Of a stretch of 64,000 bases of DNA, positions 55,189 to 64,000 are shown one piece after another (position 1 is the first letter of the stretch; every line of letters begins with the position of its first letter). The notes under the pieces were generated by a model, which ran no database searches, had not been told where the DNA came from, and worked only from the letters and a program-made list of their open reading frames with translations. The stretch comes from Vicugna vicugna (Eukaryota), in assembly GCA_013265495.1 (NCBI GenBank), contig MU061578.1, positions 4,289,308-4,353,307 of the forward strand, written 5' to 3'. The position numbers and the translations under genes are program-made.

Positions 55189-58100
55189 CTAGGTCCTTCG
55201 GCAGCGCTTCCTCTGGCAGCGCCGGGGCTCGGGGCTGCTGGGATCGGCCAGGGGTGAGGGTGCGGGTGTGGGAGGCTGGTGGTGGGCACAGCTCATGCTC
55301 AGGACCCAGCCCAGCTTGTGGTGCAGCACCTGCTTGAGGCCAGGCGGCAGGGGCAGGCCCTCGAGCGTGTCCCCGGAGTCAGGCCGAAGCTGGCGCAGGC
55401 GGTAGCAGCACAGGTACTGCAGGGAGGTGATGCTGGCGCAGGAGCGGATCACCTTCATGCTGCTCTTGGCTGCCGTGGAGCACACCATTGGGTAGAACCT
55501 CTTGTTCTGCAGCTTGGTAGCCGCCACTCCTGGTTGGGGTGGGAAGGCGCACAGCCTGAACCCCAGGCTCAGGCCGTCCTGGGAGGTCCTCCTAGGGTGA
55601 CTAAGGATGCTGAGATTCCCACCCAGCCCTTCCTCATTTGGGGCCCCTTGGACCTCAGGCTTCTATGAGGACAGCCTTTCTGGAAGCCAGGGGCCCTCAA
55701 CCTGGTCCATACCAGGGGCTCAATGGCAGCTGCGCTATGCAGCCAGGTGTCAAGGTCATATCCTCACCTATGCACTTCCTGTTCTTAAAAAAGGTGAGCG
55801 TCCCATGCCAGGTGTCCAGGTGCACGCCGATGATGGAGCCTTGGCCGAACCGTGAGGAGAAGCTCGTCTTGTCACCCTTGTGGTGGAGGAGCCCTGGGGG
55901 CAGTGGGGGCGGGGTAAGCCTGGCTGTCTTGAGCCCCCACAGCCCTGCCCGCCCTGGGGGCCCACGCACCTGTGTAGGAGAGGCCCCAGCTGTCCTCATC
56001 CCGGCCAAGCAGGCTGCAGAACGTGTGGTGGTACTTGTCCAGGTCCACGTCCGATGTCCCGATGCCCACCATCTGGGAAGAGTGGGGCTGGCAGAGGGGG
56101 CTTGGGACCAGGGCACCTAGCAGCTCCCTCTGTGCCCCGCCAACCACTTACCATGTCGGTGCCATAAACGGGGGAGGTCATCTTGATCTCCCAAAAGTGC
56201 TGGCCCTCCCCCAGCTCCTTGGTGCCCCGAATGGCTGCAGTGCCACAGCTGTACTCCATGTGGAAGTTGACCTTTCGGTTGTCGCAGCTCAGCAGGGTGG
56301 CTGAGGACTTGTTCAGGTCGTCCCAGACCCAATCAAAGTCTGCAAGAGCAAGAGGCCCGGGCTGGGCAGGCTCCCCGTGGCCCCAGGGGCCCCACCCACC
56401 CACCCTGCAGCCCTACCCGGCGCTCACACTCGTCCTCCTCCCCGCAGCGGCAGTCCCTGCCCCGGTGGGCCGTGTGCAGGCTGCCACAGAAGGCCTCTCT
56501 CTGACTGTCACAGTCGCAGAAGGACTCCCCAGTCACAGGCACAGCGCTGGGGATGGACGACGGCAGGGACGAGTACTCAGGGTCCGAATCCGAGTCGCTG
56601 TGCTGAGAGGAAGGGGCCATCTGTTCCCACCTGTCCTGCCCTCCACTGGTCCCACCTGACCCCTTCCTCTACTGGCCCCAACGCCCACCGTAGGCCAAAG
56701 AAGAGTCTGGGGGTCTGGCCTCAAAGGGCTTCCTCAGGTCTCAAGGGCACAGCCAACCACCCCTTCTATACTGCTAGCCATGGTGACCCTGGACATCTCT
56801 TCCTGGCTCAGGAGCTGGGAGGGCCTCCTTCCCAAAGGCCTACCACCCTGGTGGCTTCCTGGGAGTAGAGCAGAGGCCCCTGGAGGCCTGGCCGCTACTC
56901 AGCCCCAAGGCAGGGCTGCACCCTCAGCCATCCATCACTGTCCAGACTACTACATCACAGATAAAGATGAAGCCACACAGCGAAGTACTCTGCTGACCTA
57001 ACAAAAGCAGCTTGGTCTCCCCACAGCAGCCTGGCTCCGGCAAGAGCTGAGCACCATGGTAGGGCCTGCACACCTGTCCTGGGCTATGGCACCCTCGCCA
57101 TCCTCACAGAGTTGGCTCTCAACCCCCATCACAGCCCTGATAAGCCCCGCGGTCTTTTGCTACCTCATGCAGGAAAACGTTCTGTGGGGACTTGGCCCTC
57201 TACAGGAGGACTCAGTCCTCGAAGTACGGACTCCAAGCTTTGGGGTCATGATCTCAGCCCAGCGGCCAAACACTAAGTGGACCAGTCCAGTTCCAGGGAC
57301 TGGCTGACTGACAGACCCTCTTGGAGGCCAGCCAGGTGCTCTCTGTGCACCTCGTCATTCCTGCTCTGCAGCCACACGGGCCTCTCCAGACACCTGCCTG
57401 GGCTCTGGACCCCCAGCTGACTGGTGAGGGGCTGGAGTCTGACTCCCCAGGGCTAGTGGGTGCAGACAGACTCCGTGTGCCTACTCTCCCAGCCTGCCCA
57501 GCTTGGCCTGGGGTCCTGGTTGGGCTCTGGCCTCCACCCTCACTCTCCTGGCCTCTGGTACCCTCTGCACAATGGTCCCAGTGACCTGCTCAGAGCTGAG
57601 AATCCTGCTGCCCTGAGAACAAAGACTATGCCCTCCTCCTCTGCCCTGCCCACCTGTCCACTCCCTCCCTGGGGCAAGGGTCACTTTGCCCCTGGATTGC
57701 AGCTTTCAGATGTCACGTCAAAGAGGCTCCTCCCGCCCTTCCCTCCACATCCTCTTCTCACTGGCTCCTGACACTCCTTGGTCCTGCTGATCTGCTTCCT
57801 GTCCCCAGTACTGAGTTTCTCTACAATTACTCTCAGCCCCACGCACCACACAGAAGCTCCATGAATCAAGGGCAGAAGCTGAGTTCAGGGAGTGAGAAGA
57901 CTGCACCCCAGGCAGGGCACAGCCACAGCCCCACCACAAGCCATGAGAACTCAGGGCAGAAAGGACAGGAATGTACATGTTCAGCCTTCAAAGATGCTGG
58001 GATGACACATTCTCTCACCCACACAAGTACTCTAGGCCCATCAGGTGACTGAACAAGCCACAGGTGTGTGTCAGACACTGTACCCCCAACCCTGGACACC

Positions 58101-59300
58101 TCCCACATCCCACAGCCATGAGCCAGCAAGGCAGGGACTGACAAGAAAAGACTGCTCCAGGCCACGTGGTCAGTGGGAGCTGGGGGCGGAACAGGAATGC
58201 AGGCTGGGGCCTCTTGCTGGCTGGGGCAGGGAGCTAAGGGAGGCCCCAGGAAGGGGGCCTAGCACTCGGCCAGCTCAGAATCATCACCTCCAATTCTCCC
58301 CCAAGGCCTGGTGATTCCACGGGGCTCAGCTTCCCTCATGCTGGGGAGGAGAGGCTCCCACCCCTGCCCAGGACACCTGGCTGAGCCAGGACCCCAGTGC
58401 AAGGTGGCTGTGACAGAGAAGAGCCAAGTTACCCACATATTACCCCTGCAGGAAGCAGCAGAGGTGTCTCAGGGCAGAGCCAAAGCCTAGCTCTGGTCCA
58501 GGAGGTTCAGGAAGCTGCCCGTGAAGCCATCCCCACATGCCTCCACCACAAGCACAAAGGCCACACAGCCCCGCCACCCCACCCTGCTGCACAGTGAAGC
58601 TCTTCTTGCAAACCTCCAGGTACTTCAGGAACCTGCACTACAGACAAGACAGCTGAGCTGCTCCTCTCACAGCCTCCACGATCCTGGGCCTCCCAGAGCT
58701 CAGGGTCTCAGAGCACGGGAAGGCGCAGGAATATTTGTCTTTAAGAATCGAAATTCTTTTTTTAGAGGCACACACACAAATATAGAGTACGGATCTGAAC
58801 AAGCAAAGGAAATGTCCAGAAAGTTGCACTTCAAGTTAACAATAGCTATTTTTGGAAATTGGTTAAATGGAATGGAGAAGTATTGCTGTTAAACAAAATG
58901 ACCAAAGTACCTGCTGATACCCTCTTCAGAGAAAAACACACAAAGGAACGTGGTGTCTGCTTTGAGGTCCTGCCACCCAGGGCCACGTGGGTCCTTAACT
59001 AGCGTAAAGTGCCTGGGCAAGCAGAGCACACACACAGGACAGCAGGGCCTGAGGCTGGCCCCGTCCTCTGCTCTCGGGGGCATCTTTCCCTTTGAGTCCC
59101 AACTCAGGCAATACCTGCCTTGGGTGTCTCCTCACCTTAGTCCAGCCAAGCCCGCCCCCTCCACTGGAACCTACCTGCCCATCAGAGTCGTAGCCCCAGC
59201 TGGTGGACCCTGCCAGAGCCACAGCCCGGGCATCAGCGTCTCGACGGGCTGCGCTCAGGACAAAGTGCCACGCTCTGCTGCTCCGGGGACGCCTGGCCAT
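55189..59300 (-). CDS. SPSB3: SPRY domain-containing SOCS box protein 3, 6 coding exons, 352 aa
   Basis: complement(join(55189-55529,55768-55893,55970-56072,56152-56339,56428-56602,59175-59300)) = 1059 nt. Starts [35 protein letters not shown] domain ([42 protein letters not shown]); SOCS box (SLQYLCC...[11 protein letters not shown]); ends [11 protein letters not shown]. Confidence 0.97.
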
Positions 59301-59559
59301 GGTGGACAGGATCTGGAAGGAAGCACAGGGTCTGAGCAGAGGAAGATAAGCAGCACACTGGTAGGTATCCAAACGCCCCCTGCACTCAGGCCCCCAGCCT
59401 GCACCAGCCCACCCAGGGCTCCAGAACTCTCTTCAAAAGCGTATACCTCACTCCAGTGTCCAAGCACCTTGATAAAACCCAAGTAGAGAGCCTGGAGCAC
59501 CATCCAGACATCCATGACTCTTGAATGCCTGTCTCAGCCCCTCTCCAAGCTCAGCCTCA

Positions 59560-59860
59560 GGAACCCAGCTGTCCGACTTGCATGTCTCTCAGGCATCTCA
59601 AACCTGGCCTGATCCTTCTCTGTTGACCAGCTGGATAAATGGTTATCTCCAACCTCCCGGTTCCTCATGCCAGACACACAGCAGTCACACACTGCAGTCA
59701 TCCCCAACACATCTTTCCTCCCTCTCATTGTGGCGTCACAGCCCTCCACACCCCACCACACCACCTCTGAAACATGTCCTGAATCCATCTCCATCCCTGC
59801 TTGCCTGTCCCGCCCCCACAAAACGCGCCTTCAGTATGGCTCCTCCCACTTCATTCACTA
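59560..59860 (+). mobile_element. Degenerate L2 fragment
   Basis: GCATGTCTCTCAGGCATCTCAAAC...GTCATCCCCAACAC...CCACCTCTGAAACATGTCCTGAATCCA resembles L2 3' region motifs. Confidence 0.45.
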
Positions 59861-60695
59861 TAACCAAGCTTTCTGGGAAATACAAATTTTAAGTCAACGA
59901 ATTTTTAAATTCCTTAGGGTCTGCGTTGTTCTTAAGATAATATGCAATATCCTACAGAGCTCATCACGCTCTGGCCCCGTTCCAGCTGCGAGATCTTTCC
60001 TGCCCTTGGCCCAGAATGCCTTCTTCTCTTTAGCTCTCATTTCCATGTCAGACTTAAAATAGTTAAGTCGATTTCTGTGACCATCTACTTCCTGGCTCTC
60101 CCCTGGACTGAAAACCTCAGGAGGGCTGGGACGGTCCCCCAGCCACTACCCGGAGGGAGCGTCAGTGAAAGCAATGGCACAGCTTTCGAGGGATGGGAGC
60201 CCGTCTTCAGACCAGCGTCGCTCTGTCCAGCAACGCCCGCCGGTCTCCGAGCTTAAGTGGAGCCAGCTATAGCGTGCCCGACCCAATCCCCGCTCGCCAC
60301 CTCGGCACACACAGTGGGTGCCACGCTATGCACGCCAAATGCACGGCCCGGAGCCTGACCCCGCTGCGAAGCCAGGCAGCGCGCCCCCAGACCTCGCAGC
60401 AGCCGGCTGCTTCCCAATCCGGCATCGCACTCTCAGGGTCGGGCGGTGTTGCGGGGTTCCACCCGCGCCGCGCGCTGGCAACCCGCCTGCCGCCCCGCCC
60501 GGCCTGCGGCGCAGAGCCTCGACCGTCTCGCTCGCCTCGCCCGCCTCGCCCGGGCGCCGCCGCCGCAGGAACAAAGGTGCGCAGGCCCTGCCGCCCGCGG
60601 CTCCGCAAGGTCGGCGGGTGGGGCGGGGTACCGAGCCGGACGGGACGGCGGGGACCGAGAGTCCTGTAGACGTGCTGACGCGGCTCGCCGCTCAC

Positions 60696-60770
60696 CTGCA
60701 GCCGCCCTGCCGCCGCCGCGCTGCGCCGGGGCTGGCCGTGACCTACTTTCTGCTCCCGAGCGAGACGTAA
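60696..60770 (-). other. SPSB3: Probable non-coding first exon of SPSB3 (5' end uncertain)
   Basis: Minus-strand donor CTGCAG|gtgagc at 60696/60695 inside the CpG island. The ATG-bearing exon has its own acceptor (ttccag|ATCC, 59312) 12 nt upstream of the ATG. Confidence 0.65.
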
Positions 60771-61198
60771 ACAATCCCCGCCCCCGCACCGCATTGGCCC
60801 CGCAGCGCGCGCGGCTCGGAGCTTCGGGAGCGGGGCGGGCCTCGCAGCACATACTTCTTGCTCAGAGGCTCTTGGACCTGTGAATCTTAGTCTGACGTCC
60901 CCATTGGTCACATCTCAAACTGTCTCAGACAAGGCCTGCGCGCCCATTGGGCTTGGGGCGAGGAAAAGAGGCGGTCCCACGTTCGGGCGTTGATACGGAA
61001 GTGAGTCCCTTTCCTGCGCGTCGCCTGCGTCTGAACTGGCGTGCACCTGTAGTGCGATCTGATTGGCTGAAGGTTGCGAGAGCAGGCCTATCAGGAGGAG
61101 TCAGGGGCGGGCTCGCACTTCCCATTGGTCTGAGGGCGCTTCACTCAGGCCGGGAGGCGGGCGGAAGCGGAAGGAAGCCGTGTGGCTACCCAGGCAGG
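60770..61198. promoter_or_regulatory. Bidirectional SPSB3/NUBP2 CpG-island promoter
   Basis: Five ATTGG (CCAAT) boxes at 60793, 60903, 60946, 61062 and 61124; TGACGT at 60893; ETS CGGAAGTG at 60996; tandem GGAAG at 61163-61177; GC boxes. Confidence 0.85.
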
Positions 61199-64000
61199 AT
61201 GGAGGCGGCCGTGGGTGAGTGTGCTGGGTTGCGGGGTCTTCCCGTTAGCAGGCGTGAAGGGGAGAATGAAGGAGCTGGCACGCAGCAGCTGGCCGGGTCT
61301 CTTGGTTTTAGCACACCGTCTGTTTACAGCGTAAAGGTCGCAGAGGTGCCCCTGCATGTGTTTGGTCATTATGGCGCTTAGAAAGAAGTCTTGAATAAGG
61401 GGTTCTGGTAGCTCACAGCAAAAAAAAATGTGATAATAAATATATATATGTTCATGTATAACTGAAAAATTGTGCTCTACACTAGAATTTGACACAACAT
61501 TGTAAAATGGCTATAACTCAAAAATGTAAAAAAGGGGGGTTAAAAGAAGGAAAAGCAAAATATCGCATAATCTTAGTTTTTTGTAGAAACATTATTCTAA
61601 CTTTAAAAGCCTTGATTTTTAAAAAGTGAAAGTCTTGTGGGACAGAATATAGACATAAAGTTGGGCTCAATCAGGCCTACAAAGAGTAGCCAGACAGACC
61701 TTTATTAGTAGCAATTTGCCACATTACCTTCTAAAAGATCTCAGGTCTGGTATCTTGGGCACAAAGCTCTCATAATGCTGGACTCATCCATCAGATTATA
61801 AACATAAAACTGGAGAAAAAAACCTGAAAAAGCTTGTTAGGATAAGGGCAGACTTGCTACAAGATGAGAGGAATATCTCTAGTTTGATTGATGAAGGTTT
61901 TTGTTTTTTTTTTTTAACTAGGGGGAAAATGAGTATAGAAATCCAAAAAGCCTAACGGGGTATGCAGTAAACTTCCTTGTTCCTAGAGGCAACTGTATCT
62001 TTCTATAAAGATTCTTTACAAGTAAAAATTTCCATACTTATCTGTTGTATCAAATAATCATTATGTGGTTGGACTTAAGGCTCTTTATCCATAGAGGGGG
62101 CCCCCCACTTCCCTCCATGGGGAGATACTGCTTTTCTTTGCTCCTTCCAGTGCAGCCTTTCACATCTAGTGGGCACCCAGGTTATCTTTGATAACCTGTC
62201 CATAAACTTTTTCCATTTACTTACGAGTGAAGTTTCTTCTGGTTGGCTCCTAAGGATTGTTGTCTGAGAAGTTCACAGCCTGAAGGGAGCAGGATTGTCC
62301 TGTTTGATGCTCAGGCAGATAAAATTCCCCAGCCTCACAAGTGAAGAAAGCCAGTCGTCAGTATTAGGAACTTGGTGGTGCAGCACCCGCACAAAGGGCG
62401 AGTAGAAATCAGGACCCAGGTCTGCTCTTTCCCGAGTTCCCACCAGAGCAGCCACTGCCCCCACCTCCCCAAGAAAAAGGGCGAAATTGATTCCCAAATG
62501 CTTTTTGATATTAAAGCAATTTAAGTAATAGGTTTTTAAACTGTCACAGAGGTGATCTTGAGGGCACAGTGTCCAGGGCTTATATTTGCAGGCAGTGATC
62601 TGGGTAGTTGGGCGAGGGTCTCCTTTCTTTGTTACCTGAAAAGATCTCTCAGCCCCCAGTACTGGGAGGAGACCCAGGACAGGCACTGTAATGCATTTAT
62701 GACAAGGACCTTTGGGAAAGCCAGGCCAGGAGCCCTCTGAGTTCTTTCTCGGGGGGCTTTGGTGGTGCGGGCCTTTGAACCTACTCCATGAGAGATGAGT
62801 CAGGAGGAAGGCAGTATTTATTGACCTTTTGTTGAGCCCCTTCTGGGGACCCGGGCATGCAGTGAGGGTAGTGGAGCGAGCAGCTTGGAGGCCAGGCAGG
62901 AGTCTGGATGCTGAGGTCCTAAGGGCGCTGGAGCAAGAACATGGGGGTTTTGCAGGGGCTGAGGGTTGTGTGCAGACGGCAGCCCTGTGGGGTGGCAGGG
63001 ATTGGGATGGTAAGTATTTATTGGGTAGCATTTCAGGCTCAGTGGAAGGAAGAGGAGCTGGGGCAGAGTGGCCTGTGGCTGACAGGGCTCTACAGAATGG
63101 TTGGGCCAGGGCCTGCCCTTGTGTACCCAGGGTTTCTTAAGGCACGACCTCAAGCCATCAAGATGGCCTGACATCCACACCCACACATGATTGTGGCTGC
63201 TCTGATCCCAGAGCTGTAACATCCCTCCTGAGAACTGGAGGCTGGGGCTGCCTTGAGTTCCTTTTCTGACCCCAGGGAAGGGGGCTGGGCGCCTGCAGGT
63301 CAGACCAGAAAGCTGCCTTGGCACAGCTGTACCTCCTGGCTACAAGGACGACCCTATTACATTAGTCTCCACCCACTTCCCTTGGAATCAGCTGGGAGCC
63401 GGCAATCTTTGGCCTGTGTGCCTGTGGGCTCACAGGTGTGCAGTCCCAGGTGTGCACACTGGAGGGAGGCGTGGTTTGAGGCATTTCTTGCCCCAGCAGC
63501 CCTGCTCCAGATGGAGTGGGAGCAGCCACTTTTAAGGAACAAGATGGTTGGATCTGGGGCCTTTTGGAAGCCCTTCTGCCTTGTGTCAGGGTGAAGGGGC
63601 AGGTCTCAGGGAAGTGCCCGGTGACCCCGCAGTGAGTGAGCAGTGGAGAGTGTCCAGGGCGAAGGCAAAGCCCTGCCCTCTTCCCCTGTTGTCCTTTTGA
63701 CCAGAGCCCGGAAACCTGGCCGGCGTCCGACACATCATCCTCGTCCTCTCAGGAAAGGGGGGCGTCGGGAAAAGCACCATCTCCACGGAGCTGGCCCTGG
63801 CCCTGCGCCATGCGGGCAAGAAGGTGAGAGCCTCCTATCCAATCATGGTATCTGTTCTCCCCTAACGCCCGCGCCAGCTGCCCCTCGTGGGTGGACACGT
63901 GGGCAGTGGCTGGGTTCTTCCTGCCTGGTGGTGCTGGTCCTAGGGAGGCCCCTACATGCCAGTGGCTGTCCTGCCTCCTTGCAGGTGGGGATCCTCGACG
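61199..64000 (+). CDS. NUBP2: Cytosolic Fe-S cluster assembly factor NUBP2 (Cfd1), 5' part, truncated by window end
   Basis: join(61199-61214,63705-63823,63985->64000): [50 protein letters not shown], with the deviant Walker A motif GKGGVGKS of the Mrp/NBP35 family. Confidence 0.96.
61400..61535 (+). mobile_element. Short 5'-truncated L1 3' tail (cetartiodactyl type)
   Basis: ATATATATGTTCATGTATAACTGAAAAATTGTGCTCTACACTAGAATTTGACACAACATTGTAAAATGGCTATAACTCAA followed by an A-rich tail resembles artiodactyl L1 3' ends. Confidence 0.65.

Noticed and set aside
62273..63031. 252-aa minus-strand ORF in NUBP2 intron 1
   Set aside because: No recognisable protein similarity or exon structure; probably a chance ORF over degenerate repeat sequence.

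Overview
Mammalian genomic DNA, GC-rich and gene-dense, in the conserved gene order known from human 16p13.3. The young L1 tail suggests a cetartiodactyl, possibly a camelid (inference). Contents in order: probable JPT2/HN1L 3' UTR (1-~2000); complete MAPK8IP3/JIP3 (+, 32 coding exons, 1336 aa, 3632-46889); NME3 (-); MRPS34 (-); EME2 (+); SPSB3 (-); and the first three coding exons of NUBP2 (+, truncated by the window end). I assembled the exons by hand from splice signals, and each complete gene gives an intact frame. I see no prokaryote-type system, RNA gene or unknown protein-coding gene. The notable signals are regulatory. (1) A splicing hub around the JIP3 JNK-docking motif: a 24-nt microexon, a NAGNAG acceptor, two donors 93 nt apart, and an in-frame intronic stop with a downstream poly(A) site. 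(2) Two further microexons (12 and 18 nt) with long AG-free zones. (3) A GC-AG intron. (4) REST-like half-sites in the JIP3 5' region. (5) Two compact bidirectional promoters and two nearly abutting tail-to-tail 3' ends. (6) A phase-compatible possible MRPS34-NME3 read-through fusion. Repeat boundaries are approximate, and repeat names come from recalled consensus sequences, not a search.
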